A DNA stretch of 64,000 nt, from assembly GCA_964057225.1 (NCBI GenBank), contig OZ059898.1:3286001-3350000 (forward strand), written 5' to 3'. The stretch is from Auanema rhodensis (taxonomy: Eukaryota > Animalia > Nematoda). The notes under the pieces were generated by a model that saw only the letters and a list, made by a program, of their open reading frames with translations, was not told where the DNA came from and searched no databases. This document shows positions 43,401 through 58,400 of the stretch, in pieces. The position numbers and the translations under genes were made by a program. The stretch's first letter is position 1, and each line of letters begins with the position of its first letter.

Positions 43401-46400
43401 ATGTAGTATAGTGCATTCGATGCGGATTTTTAAGCTGCGTCGATCTGTGTGATCAGATTTGCGCTAGCTTAAAAATGCACCGAGATATCAACTGATATAA
43501 GTTCACACTTATATCCTCGATTTTCACCCTAAAGAATTAATTTTTTCGTTGAATAACATTGTCTATCGTCTTTGCCTTGGAAAATGGAATCTAAAAACAT
43601 CTACTTTTTGCTAAATTCTTTTGAAATTTTTCGAAAAAATTTTTGTCAAAATGTTTTTGGAAGCAATGTTGAGTGTACATGGAAACTCAACATACACTAA
43701 TGCATCATTTTTCAAACGATCATAACTAATTTTTGTATTAAGCGTTTCTCAATGTAGTAGAGTGCATTCGATGCGGATTTTTAAGCTGCGTCGATCTGTG
43801 TTATCAGATTTGCGCTAGCTTGAAAATGCACCGAGATATCAACTGATATAAGTTCACACTTATATCCTCGATTTTCACCCTGAAGAAATAATTTTTTCGT
43901 TGAATAACATTGTCCATCGTCTTCGCCTTGAAAAATGGAATCTAAAAACATCTACTTTTTGCTAATTTCTTTTGAAATTTTTCGAAAAAATTTTTGTCAA
44001 AATGTTTTTGGAAGCAATGTTGAGTGTACATGGAAACTCAACATACACTAATGCATCATTTTTCAAACGATCATAACTAATTTTTGTATCAAGCGTTTCT
44101 CAATGTAGTATAGTGCATTCGATGCGGATTTTTAAGCTGCGTCGATCTGTGTTATCAGATTTGCGCTAGCTTAAAAATGCACCGAGATATCAACTGATAT
44201 AAATTCACACTTATATCCTCGATTTTCACCCTAAAGAATTAATTTTTTCGTTGAATAACATTGTCTATCGTCTTTGCCTTGAAAAATGGAATCTAAAAAC
44301 ATCTACTTTTTGCTAAATTCTTTTGAAATTTTTCGAAAAAATTTTTGTCAAAATGTTTTTGGAAGCAATATTGAGTGTACATGGAAACTCAACATACACT
44401 AATGCATCATTTTTCAAACGATCATAACTAATTTTTGTATCAAGCGTTTCTCAATGTAGTATAGTGCATTCGATCCGGATTTTTAAGCTGCGTCGATCTG
44501 TGTTATCAGATTTGCGCTAGCTTAAAAATGCACCGAGATATCAACTGATATAAGTTCACACTTATATCCTCGATTTTCACCCTGAAGAAATAATTTTTTC
44601 GTTGAATAACATTGTCCATCGTCTTTGCCTTGAAAAAAGGAATCTAAAAACATCTACTTTTTGCTAAATTATTTCGAAATTTTTTGAAAAAATTTTGTCA
44701 AAATGTTTTTGGAAGCAATATTGAGTGTACATGGAAACTCAACATACACTAATGCATCATTTTTCAAACGATCATAACTAATTTTTGTATCAAGCGTTTC
44801 TCAATGTAGTATAGTGCATTCGATGCGGATTTTTAAGCTGCGTCGATCTGTGTTATCAGATTTGCGCTAGCTTAAAAATGCACCGAGATATCAACTGATA
44901 TAAGTTCACACTTATATCCTCGATTTTCACCCTGAAGAAATAATTTTTTCGTTGAATAACATTGTCCATCGTCTTTTGCCTTGAAAAATGGAATCTAAAA
45001 ACATCTACTTTTTGCTAAATTCTTTTGAAATTTTTCGAAAAAATTTTGTCAAAATGTTTTTGGAAGCAATATTGAGTGTACATGGAAACTCAACATACAC
45101 TAATGCATCATTTTTCAAACGATCATAACTAATTTTTGTATCAAGCGTTTCTCAATGTAGTATAGTGCATTCGATGCGGATTTTTAAGCTGCGTCGATCT
45201 GTGTTATCAGATTTGCGCTAGCTTAAAAATGCACCGAGATATCAACTGATATAAGTTCACACTTATATCCTCGATTTTCACCCTGAAGAAATAATTTTTT
45301 CGTTGAATAACATTGTCCATCGTCTTTTGCCTTGAAAAATGGAATCTAAAAACATCTACTTTTTGCTAAATTCTTTTGAAATTTTTCGAAAAAATTTTTG
45401 TCAAAATGTTTTTGGAAGCAATGTTGAGTGTACATGGAAACTCAACATACACTAATGCATCATTTTTCAAACGATCATAACTAATTTTTGTATCAAGCGT
45501 TTCTCAATGTAGTATAGTGCATTCGATGCGGATTTTTAAGCTGCGTCGATCTGTGTTATCAGATTTGCGCTAGCTTAAAAATGCACCGAGAAATCAACTG
45601 ATATAGGTTCACACTTATATCCTCGATTTTCACCCTGAAGAAATAATTTTTTCGTTGAATAACATTGTCCATCGTCTTTGCCTTGAAAAAAGAAATCTAA
45701 AAACATCTACTTTTTGCTAAATTATTTTGAAATTTTTCGAAAAAATTTTTGTCAAAATGTTTTTGGAAGCAATATTGAGTGTACATGGAAACTCAACATA
45801 CACTAATGCATCATTTTTCAAACGATCATAACTAATTTTTGTATCAAGCGTTTCTCAATGTAGTATAGTGCATTCAATGCGGATTTTTAAGCTGCGTCGA
45901 TCTGTGTTATCAGATTTGCGCTAGCTTAAAAATGCACCGAGATATCAACTGATATAAGTTCACACTTATATCCTCGATTTTCACCCTGAAGAAATAATTT
46001 TTTCGTTGAATAACATTGTCCATCGTCTTTGCCTTGAAAAAAGGAATCTAAAAACATCTACTTTTTGCTAAATTATTTCGAAATTTTTCGAAAAAATTTT
46101 GTCAAAATGTTTTTGGAAGCAATATTGAGTGTACATGGAAACTCAACATACACTAATGCATCATTTTTCAAACGATCATAACTAATTTTTGTATCAAGCG
46201 TTTCTCAATGTAGTATAGTGCATTCGATGCGGATTTTTAAGCTGCGTCGATCTGTGTTATCAGATTTGCGCTAGCTTAAAAATGCACCGAGATATCAACT
46301 GATATAAGTTCACACTTATATCCTCGATTTTCACCCTGAAGAAATAATTTTTTCGTTGAATAACATTGTCCATCGTCTTCGCCTTGAAAAATGGAATCTA

Positions 46401-49400
46401 AAAACATCTACTTTTTGCTAATTTCTTTTGAAATTTTTCGAAAAAATTTTTGTCAAAATGTTTTTGGAAGCAATGTTGAGTGTACATGGAAACTCAACAT
46501 ACACTAATGCATCATTTTTCAAACGATCATAACTAATTTTTGTATCAAGCGTTTCTCAATGTAGTATAGTGCATTCGATGCGGATTTTTAAGCTGCGTCG
46601 ATCTGTGTTATCAGATTTGCGCTAGCTTAAAAATGCACCGAGATATCAACTGATATAAGTTCACACTTATATCCTCGATTTTCACCCTAAAGAATTAATT
46701 TTTTCGTTGAATAACATTGTCTATCGTCTTTGCCTTGAAAAATGGAATCTAAAAACATCTACTTTTTGCTAAATTCTTTTGAAATTTTTCGAAAAAAATT
46801 TTGTCAAAATGTTTTTGGAAGCAATATTGAGTGTACATGGAAACTCAACATACACTAATGCATCATTTTTCAAACGATCATAACTAATTTTTGTATCAAG
46901 CGTTTCTCAATGTAGTATAGTGCATTCGATCCGGATTTTTAAGCTGCGTCGATCTGTGTTATCAGATTTGCGCTAGCTTAAAAATGCACCGAGATATCAA
47001 CTGATATAAGTTCACACTTATATCCTCGATTTTCACCCTGAAGAAATAATTTTTTCGTTGAATAACATTGTCCATCGTCTTTGCCTTGAAAAAAGGAATC
47101 TAAAAACATCTACTTTTTGCTAAATTATTTCGAAATTTTTCGAAAAAATTTTGTCAAAATGTTTTTGGAAGCAATATTGAGTGTACATGGAAACTCAACA
47201 TACACTAATGCATCATTTTTCAAACGATCATAACTAATTTTTGTATCAAGCGTTTCTCAATGTAGTATAGTGCATTCGATCCGGATTTTTAAGCTGCGTC
47301 GATCTGTGTTATCAGATTTGCGCTAGCTTAAAAATGCACCGAGATATCAACTGATATAAGTTCACACTTATATCCTCGATTTTCACCCTGAAGAAATAAT
47401 TTTTTCGTTGAATAACATTGTCCATCGTCTTTGCCTTGAAAAAAGGAATCTAAAAACATCTACTTTTTGCTAAATTATTTCGAAATTTTTCGAAAAAATT
47501 TTGTCAAAATGTTTTTGGAAGCAATATTGAGTGTACATGGAAACTCAACATACACTAATGCATCATTTTTCAAACGATCATAACTAATTTTTGTATCAAG
47601 CGTTTCTCAATGTAGTATAGTGCATTCGATGCGGATTTTTAAGCTGCGTCGATCTGTGTTATCAGATTTGCGCTAGCTTAAAAATGCACCGAGATATCAA
47701 CTGATATAAGTTCACACTTATATCCTCGATTTTCACCCTGAAGAAATAATTTTTTCGTTGAATAACATTGTCTATCGTCTTTGCCTTGAAAAATGGAATC
47801 TAAAAACATCTACTTTTTGCTAAATTATATTGAAATTTTTCGAAAAAATTTTTGTCAAAATGTTTTTGGAAGCAATATTGAGTGTACATGGAAACTCAAC
47901 ATACACTAATGCATCATTTTTCAAACGATCATAACTAATTTTTGTATCAAGCGTTTCTCAATGTAGTATAGTGCATTCAATGCGGATTTTTAAGCTGCGT
48001 CGATCTGTGTTATCAGATTTGCGCTAGCTTAAAAATGCACCGAGATATCAACTGATATAAGTTCACACTTATATCCTCGATTTTCACCCTGAAGAAATAA
48101 TTTTTTCGTTGAATAACATTGTCCATCGTCTTCGCCTTGAAAAATGGAATCTAAAAACATCTACTTTTTGCTAATTTCTTTTGAAATTTTTCGAAAAAAT
48201 TTTTGTCAAAATGTTTTTGGAAGCAATGTTGAGTGTACATGGAAACTCAACTCACACTAATGCATCATTTTTCAAACGATCATAACTAATTTTTGTATCA
48301 AGCGTTTCTCAATGTAGTATAGTGCATTCGATGCGGATTTTTAAGCTGCGTCGATCTGTGTTATCAGATTTGCGCTAGCTTAAAAATGCACCGAGATATC
48401 AACTGATATAAGTTCACACTTATATCCTCGATTTTCACCCTAAAGAATTAATTTTTTCGTTGAATAACATTGTCTATCGTCTTTGCCTTGAAAAATGGAA
48501 TCTAAAAACATCTACTTTTTGCTAAATTCTTTTGAAATTTTTCGAAAAAATTTTTGTCAAAATGTTTTTGGAAGCAATATTGAGTGTACATGGAAACTCA
48601 ACATACACTAATGCATCATTTTTCAAACGATCATAACTAATTTTTGTATCAAGCGTTTCTCAATGTAGTATAGTGCATTCGATGCGGATTTTTAAGCTGC
48701 GTCGATCTGTGTTATCAGATTTGCGCTAGCTTAAAAATGCACCGAGATATCAACTGATATAAGTTCACACTTATATCCTCGATTCTCACCCTAAAGAATT
48801 AATGTTTTCGTTGAATAACATTGTCCATCGTCTTCGCCTTGAAAAATGGAATCTAAAAACATCTACTTTTTGCTAAATTATTTCGAAATTTTTCGAAAAA
48901 ATTTTGTCAAAATGTTTTTGGAAGCAATATTGAGTGTACATGGAAACTCAACATACACTAATGCATCATTTTTCAAACGATCATAACTAATTTTTGTATC
49001 AAGCGTTTCTCAATGTAGTATAGTGCATTCGATGCGGATTTTTAAGCTGCGTCGATCTGTGTTATCAGATTTGCGCTAGCTTAAAAATGCACCGAGATAT
49101 CAACTGATATAAGTTCACACTTATATCCTCGATTTTCACCCTGAAGAAATAATTTTTTCGTTGAATAACATTGTCCATCGTCTTTTGCCTTGAAAAATGG
49201 AATCTAAAAACATCTACTTTTTGCTAAATTCTTTTGAAATTTTTCGAAAAAATTTTTGTCAAAATGTTTTTGGAAGCAATGTTGAGTGTACATGGAAACT
49301 CAACATACACTAATGCATCATTTTTCAAACGATCATAACTAATTTTTGTATCAAGCGTTTCTCAATGTAGTATAGTGCATTCGATGCGGATTTTTAAGCT

Positions 49401-52400
49401 GCGTCGATCTGTGTTATCAGATTTGCGCTAGCTTAAAAATGCACCGAGAAATCAACTGATATAGGTTCACACTTATATCCTCGATTTTCACCCTGAAGAA
49501 ATAATTTTTTCGTTGAATAACATTGTCCATCGTCTTTGCCTTGAAAAAAGAAATCTAAAAACATCTACTTTTTGCTAAATTATTTTGAAATTTTTCGAAA
49601 AAATTTTTGTCAAAATGTTTTTGGAAGCAATATTGAGTGTACATGGAAACTCAACATACACTAATGCATCATTTTTCAAACGATCATAACTAATTTTTGT
49701 ATCAAGCGTTTCTCAATGTAGTATAGTGCATTCAATGCGGATTTTTAAGCTGCGTCGATCTGTGTTATCAGATTTGCGCTAGCTTAAAAATGCACCGAGA
49801 TATCAACTGATATAAGTTCACACTTATATCCTCGATTTTCACCCTGAAGAAATAATTTTTTCGTTGAATAACATTGTCCATCGTCTTTGCCTTGAAAAAT
49901 GGAATCTAAAAACATCTACTTTTTGCTAATTTCTTTTGAAATTTTTCGAAAAAATTTTTGTCAAAATGTTTTTGGAAGCAATGTTGAGTGTACATGGAAA
50001 CTCAACATACACTAATGCATCATTTTTCAAACGATCATAACTAATTTTTGTATCAAGCGTTTCTCAAAGTAGTATAGTGCATTCGATGCGGATTTTTAAG
50101 CTGCGTCGATCTGTGTTATCAGATTTGCGCTAGCTTAAAAATGCACCGAGATATCAACTGATATAAGTTCACACTTATATCCTCGATTTTCACCCTAAAG
50201 AATTAATTTTTTCGTTGAATAACATTGTCTATCGTCTTTGCCTTGAAAAATGGAATCTAAAAACATCTACTTTTTGCTAAATTCTTTTGAAATTTTTCGA
50301 AAAAATTTTTGTCAAAATGTTTTTGGAAGCAATATTGAGTGTACATGGAAACTCAACATACACTAATGCATCATTTTTCAAACGATCATAACTAATTTTT
50401 GTATCAAGCGTTTCTCAATGTAGTATAGTGCATTCGATGCGGATTTTTAAGCTGCGTCGATCTGTGTTATCAGATTTGCGCTAGCTTAAAAATGCACCGA
50501 GATATCAACTGATATAAGTTCACACTTATATCCTCGATTTTCACCCTAAAGAATTAATTTTTTCGTTGAATAACATTGTCCATCGTCTTCGCCTTGAAAA
50601 ATGGAATCTAAAAACATCTACTTTTTGCTAATTTCTTTTGAAATTTTTCGAAAAAATTTTTGTCAAAATGTTTTTGGAAGCAATGTTGAGTGTACATGGA
50701 AACTCAACATACACTAATGCATCATTTTTCAAACGATCATAACTAATTTTTGTATCAAGCGTTTCTCAATGTAGTATAGTGCATTCGATGCGGATTTTTA
50801 AGCTGCGTCGATCTGTGTTATCAGATTTGCGCTAGCTTAAAAATGCACCGAGATATCAACTGATATAAGTTCACACTTATATCCTCGATTTTCACCCTAA
50901 AGAATTAATTTTTTCGTTGAATAACATTGTCTATCGTCTTTGCCTTGAAAAATGGAATCTAAAAACATCTACTTTTTGCTAAATTCTTTTGAAATTTTTT
51001 GAAAAAATTTTTGTCAAAATGTTTTTGGAAGCAATATTGAGTGTACATGGAAACTCAACATACACTAATGCATCATTTTTCAAACGATCATAACTAATTT
51101 TTGTATTAAGCGTTTCTCAATGTAGTAGAGTGCATTCGATGCGGATTTTTAAGCTGCGTCGATCTGTGTTATCAGATTTGCGCTAGCTTAAAAATGCACC
51201 GAGATATCAACTGATATAAGTTCACACTTATATCCTCGATTTTCACCCTGAAGAAATAATTTTTTCGTTGAATAACATTGTCCAGCGTCTTTTGCTTTGA
51301 AAAATGGAATCTAAAAACATCTACTTTTTGCTAAATTCTTTTGAAATTTTTCGAAAAAAGTTTTGTCAAAATGTTTTTGGAAGCAATATTGAGTGTACAT
51401 GGAAACTCAACATACACTAATGCATCATTTTTCAAACGATCATAACTAATTTTTGTATCAAGCGTTTCTCAATGTAGTATAGTGCATTCGATGCGGATTT
51501 TTAAGCTGCGTCGATCTGTGTTATCAGATTTGCGCTAGCTTAAAAATGCACCGAGATATCAACTGATATAAGTTCACACTTATATCCTCGATTTTCACCC
51601 TAAAGAATTAATTTTTTCGTTGAATAACATTGTCCATCGTCTTCGCCTTGAAAAATGGAATCTAAAAACATCTACTTTTTGCTAATTTCTTTTGAAATTT
51701 TTCGAAAAAATTTTTGTCAAAATGTTTTTGGAAGCAATGTTGAGTGTACATGGAAACTCAACATACACTAATGCATCATTTTTCAAACGATCATAACTAA
51801 TTTTTGTATCAAGCGTTTCTCAATGTAGTATAGTGCATTCGATGCGGATTTTTAAGCTGCGTCGATCTGTGTTATCAGATTTGCGCTAGCTTAAAAATGC
51901 ACCGAGATATCAACTGATATAAGTTCACACTTATATCCTCGATTTTCACCCTAAAGAATTAATTTTTTCGTTGAATAACATTGTCTATCGTCTTTGCCTT
52001 GAAAAATGGAATCTAAAAACATCTACTTTTTGCTAAATTCTTTTGAAATTTTTTGAAAAAATTTTTGTCAAAATGTTTTTGGAAGCAATATTGAGTGTAC
52101 ATGGAAACTCAACATACACTAATGCATCATTTTTCAAACGATCATAACTAATTTTTGTATTAAGCGTTTCTCAATGTAGTAGAGTGCATTCGATGCGGAT
52201 TTTTAAGCTGCGTCGATCTGTGTTATCAGATTTGCGCTAGCTTAAAAATGCACCGAGATATCAACTGATATAAGTTCACACTTATATCCTCGATTTTCAC
52301 CCTGAAGAAATAATTTTTTCGTTGAATAACATTGTCCATCGTCTTTTGCTTTGAAAAATGGAATCTAAAAACATCTACTTTTTGCTAAATTCTTTTGAAA

Positions 52401-55400
52401 TTTTTCGAAAAAAGTTTTGTCAAAATGTTTTTGGAAGCAATGTTGAGTGTACATGGAAACTCAACATACACTAATGCATCATTTTTCAAACGATCATAAC
52501 TAATTTTTGTATCAAGCGTTTCTCAATGTAGTATAGTGCATTCGATGCGGATTTTTAAGCTGCGTCGATCTGTGTTATCAGATTTGCGCTAGCTTAAAAA
52601 TGCACCGAGAAATCAACTGATATAGGTTCACACTTATATCCTCGATTTTATCCCTGAAGAAATAATTTTTTCGTTGAATAACATTGTCCATCGTCTTTGC
52701 CTTAAAAAAAGGAATCTAAAAACATCTACTTTTTGCTAAATTATTTTGAAATTTTTCGAAAAAATTTTTGTCAAAATGTTTTTGGAAGCAATATTGAGTG
52801 TACATGGAAACTCAACATACACTAATGCATCATTTTTCAAACGATCATAGCTAATTTTTGTATCAAGCGTTTCTCAATGTAGTATAGTGCATTCGATGCG
52901 GATTTTTAAGCTGCGTCGATCTGTGTTATCAGATTTGCGCTAGCTTAAAAATGCACCGAGATATCAACTGATATAAGTTCACACTTATATCCTCGATTTT
53001 CACCCTGAAGAAATAATTTTTTCGTTGAATAACATTGTCCATCGTCTTTGCCTTGAAAAATGGAATCTAAAAACATCTACTTTTTGCTAAATTCTTTTGA
53101 AATTTTTCGAAAAAATTTTTGTCAAAATGTTTTTGGAAGCAATGTTGAGTGTACATGGAAACTCAACATACACTAATGCATCATTTTTCAAACGATCATA
53201 ACTAATTTTTGTATCAAGCGTTTCTCAATGTAGTATAGTGCATTCGATGCGAATTTTTAAGCTGCGTCGATCTGTGTTATCAGATTTGCGCTAGCTTAAA
53301 AATGCACCGAGAAATCAACTGATATAGGTTCACACTTATATCCTCGATTTTCACCCTGAAGAAATATTTTTTTCGTTGAATAACATTGTCTATCGTCTTT
53401 GCCTTGAAAAATGGAATCTAAAAACATCTACTTTTCGCTAAATTCTTTTGAAATTTTTCGAAAAAATTTTTGTCAAAATGTTTTTGGAAGCAATATTGAG
53501 TGTGCATGGAAACTCAACATACACTAATGCATCATTTTTCAAACGATCATAACTAATTTTTGTATTAAGCGTTTCTCAATGTAGTAGAGTGCATTCGATG
53601 CGGATTTTTAAGCTGCGTCGATCTGTGTTATCAGATTTGCGCTAGCTTAAAAATGCACCGAGAAATCAACTGATATAAGTTCACACTTATATCCTCGATT
53701 TTCACCCTGAAGAAATAATTTTTTCGTTGAATAACATTGTCCATCGTCTTTGCCTTGAAAAAAGGAATCTAAAAACATCTACTTTTTGCTAAATTATTTT
53801 GAAATTTTTCGAAAAAATTTTTGTCAAAATGTTTTTGGAAGCAATATTGAGTGTACATGGAAACTCAACATACACTAATGCATCATTTTTCAAACGATCA
53901 TAACTAATTTGTGTATTAAGCGTTTCTCAATGTAGTATAGTGCATTTGATGCGGATTTTTAAGCTGCGTCGATCTGTGTGATCAGATTTACGCTAGCTTA
54001 AAAATGCACCGAGATATCAACTGATATAAGTTCACACTTATATCCTCTATTTTCACCCTAAAGAATTAATTTTTTCGTTGAATAACATTGTCTATCGTCT
54101 TTGCCTTGAAAAATGGAATCTAAAAACATCTACTTTTTGCTAAATTCTTTTGAAATTTTTTGAAAAAATTTTTGTCAAAATGTTTTTGGAAGCAATGTTG
54201 AGTGTACATGGAAACTCAACATACACTAATGCATCATTTTTCAAACGATCATAACTAATTTTTGTATCAAGCGTTTCTCAATGTAGTAATGTGCATTCGA
54301 TGCGGATTTTTAAGCTGCGTCGATCTGTGTTATCAGATTTGCGCTAGCTTAAAAATGCACCGAGATATCAACTGATATAAGTTCACACTTATATCCTCGA
54401 TTTTCACCCTGAAGAAATAATTTTTTCGTTGAATAACATTGTCCATCGTCTTTGCCTTGAAAAAAGGAATCTAAAAAATCTACTTTTTGCTAAATTATTT
54501 TGAAATTTTTCGAAAAAATTTTTGTCAAAATGTTTTTGGAAGCAATGTTGAGTGTACATGGAAACTCAACATACACTAATGCATCATTTTTCAAACGATC
54601 ATAACTAATTTTTGTATCAAGCGTTTCTCAATGTAGTATAGTGCATTCGATGCGGAATTTTAAGCTGCGTCGATCTGTGTTATCAGATTTGCGCTAGCTT
54701 AAAAATGCACCGAGATATCAACTGATATAAGTTCACACTTATATCCTCGATTTTCACCCTGAAGAAATAATTTTTTCGTTGAATAACATTGTCCATCGTC
54801 TTTGCCTTGAAAAATGGAATCTAAAAACATCTACTTTTTGCTAAATTCTTTTGAAATTTTTCGAAAAAATTTTTGTCAAAATGTTTTTGGAAGCAATGTT
54901 GAGTGTACATGGAAACTCAACATACACTAATGCATCATTTTTCAAACGATCATAACTAATTTTTGTATTAAGCGTTTCTCAATGTAGTAGAGTGCATTCG
55001 ATGCGGATTTTTAAGCTGCGTCGATCTGTGTTATCAGATTTGCGCTAGCTTAAAAATGCACCGAGAAATCAACTGATATAAGTTCACACTTATATCCTCG
55101 ATTTTCACCCTGAAGAAATAATTTTTTCGTTGAATAACATTGTCCATCGTCTTTGCCTTGAAAAAAGGAATCTAAAAACATCTACTTTTTGCTAAATTAT
55201 TTTGAAATTTTTCGAAAAAATTTTTGTCAAAATGTTTTTGGAAGCAATATTGAGTGTACATGGAAACTCAACATACACTAATGCATCATTTTTCAAACGA
55301 TCATAACTAATTTGTGTATTAAGCGTTTCTCAATGTAGTATAGTGCATTTGATGCGGATTTTTAAGCTGCGTCGATCTGTGTGATCAGATTTACGCTAGC

Positions 55401-58400
55401 TTAAAAATGCACCGAGATATCAACTGATATAAGTTCACACTTATATCCTCTATTTTCACCCTAAAGAATTAATTTTTTCGTTGAATAACATTGTCTATCG
55501 TCTTTGCCTTGAAAAATGGAATCTAAAAACATCTACTTTTTGCTAAATTCTTTTGAAATTTTTTGAAAAAATTTTTGTCAAAATGTTTTTGGAAGCAATG
55601 TTGAGTGTACATGGAAACTCAACATACACTAATGCATCATTTTTCAAACGATCATAACTAATTTTTGTATCAAGCGTTTCTCAATGTAGTATAGTGCATT
55701 CGATGCGGATTTTTAAGCTGCGTCGATCTGTGTTATCAGATTTGCGCTAGCTTAAAAATGCACCGAGATATCAACTGATATAAGTTCACACTTATATCCT
55801 CGATTTTCACCCTGAAGAAATAATTTTTTCGTTGAATAACATTGTCCATCGTCTTTGCCTTGAAAAAAGGAATCTAAAAAATCTACTTTTTGCTAAATTA
55901 TTTTGAAATTTTTCGAAAAAATTTTTGTCAAAATGTTTTTGGAAGCAATGTTGAGTGTACATGGAAACTCAACATACACTAATGCATCATTTTTCAAACG
56001 ATCATAACTAATTTTTGTATCAAGCGTTTCTCAATGTAGTAGAGTGCATTCGATGCGGATTTTTAAGCTGCGTCGATCTGTGTTATCAGATTTGCGCTAG
56101 CTTAAAAATGCACCGAGATATCAACTGATATAAGTTCACACTTATATCCTCGATTTTCACCCTGAAGAAATAATTTTTTCGTTGAATAACATTGTCCATC
56201 GTCTTTTGCTTTGAAAAATGGAATCTAAAAACATCTACTTTTTGCTAAATTCTTTTGAAATTTTTCGAAAAAAGTTTTGTCAAAATGTTTTTGGAAGCAA
56301 TGTTGAGTGTACATGGAAACTCAACATACACTAATGCATCATTTTTCAAACGATCATAACTAATTTTTGTATCAAGCGTTTCTCAATGTAGTATAGTGCA
56401 TTCGATGCGGATTTTTAAGCTGCGTCGATCTGTGTTATCAGATTTGCGCTAGCTTAAAAATGCACCGAGAAATCAACTGATATAGGTTCACACTTATATC
56501 CTCGATTTTATCCCTGAAGAAATAATTTTTTCGTTGAATAACATTGTCCATCGTCTTTGCCTTAAAAAAAGGAATCTAAAAACATCTACTTTTTGCTAAA
56601 TTATTTTGAAATTTTTCGAAAAAATTTTTGTCAAAATGTTTTTGGAAGCAATATTGAGTGTACATGGAAACTCAACATACACTAATGCATCATTTTTCAA
56701 ACGATCATAGCTAATTTTTGTATCAAGCGTTTCTCAATGTAGTATAGTGCATTCGATGCGGATTTTTAAGCTGCGTCGATCTGTGTTATCAGATTTGCGC
56801 TAGCTTAAAAATGCACCGAGATATCAACTGATATAAGTTCACACTTATATCCTCGATTTTCACCCTGAAGAAATAATTTTTTCGTTGAATAACATTGTCC
56901 ATCGTCTTTGCCTTGAAAAATGGAATCTAAAAACATCTACTTTTTGCTAAATTCTTTTGAAATTTTTCGAAAAAATTTTTGTCAAAATGTTTTTGGAAGC
57001 AATGTTGAGTGTACATGGAAACTCAACATACACTAATGCATCATTTTTCAAACGATCATAACTAATTTTTGTATCAAGCGTTTCTCAATGTAGTATAGTG
57101 CATTCGATGCGAATTTTTAAGCTGCGTCGATCTGTGTTATCAGATTTGCGCTAGCTTAAAAATGCACCGAGAAATCAACTGATATAGGTTCACACTTATA
57201 TCCTCGATTTTCACCCTGAAGAAATATTTTTTTCGTTGAATAACATTGTCTATCGTCTTTGCCTTGAAAAATGGAATCTAAAAACATCTACTTTTCGCTA
57301 AATTCTTTTGAAATTTTTCGAAAAAATTTTTGTCAAAATGTTTTTGGAAGCAATATTGAGTGTGCATGGAAACTCAACATACACTAATGCATCATTTTTC
57401 AAACGATCATAACTAATTTTTGTATTAAGCGTTTCTCAATGTAGTAGAGTGCATTCGATGCGGATTTTTAAGCTGCGTCGATCTGTGTTATCAGATTTGC
57501 GCTAGCTTAAAAATGCACCGAGAAATCAACTGATATAAGTTCACACTTATATCCTCGATTTTCACCCTGAAGAAATAATTTTTTCGTTGAATAACATTGT
57601 CCATCGTCTTTGCCTTGAAAAAAGGAATCTAAAAACATCTACTTTTTGCTAAATTATTTTGAAATTTTTCGAAAAAATTTTTGTCAAAATGTTTTTGGAA
57701 GCAATATTGAGTGTACATGGAAACTCAACATACACTAATGCATCATTTTTCAAACGATCATAACTAATTTGTGTATTAAGCGTTTCTCAATGTAGTATAG
57801 TGCATTTGATGCGGATTTTTAAGCTGCGTCGATCTGTGTGATCAGATTTACGCTAGCTTAAAAATGCACCGAGATATCAACTGATATAAGTTCACACTTA
57901 TATCCTCTATTTTCACCCTAAAGAATTAATTTTTTCGTTGAATAACATTGTCTATCGTCTTTGCCTTGAAAAATGGAATCTAAAAACATCTACTTTTTGC
58001 TAAATTCTTTTGAAATTTTTTGAAAAAATTTTTGTCAAAATGTTTTTGGAAGCAATGTTGAGTGTACATGGAAACTCAACATACACTAATGCATCATTTT
58101 TCAAACGATCATAACTAATTTTTGTATCAAGCGTTTCTCAATGTAGTAATGTGCATTCGATGCGGATTTTTAAGCTGCGTCGATCTGTGTTATCAGATTT
58201 GCGCTAGCTTAAAAATGCACCGAGATATCAACTGATATAAGTTCACACTTATATCCTCGATTTTCACCCTGAAGAAATAATTTTTTCGTTGAATAACATT
58301 GTCCATCGTCTTTGCCTTGAAAAAAGGAATCTAAAAAATCTACTTTTTGCTAAATTATTTTGAAATTTTTCGAAAAAATTTTTGTCAAAATGTTTTTGGA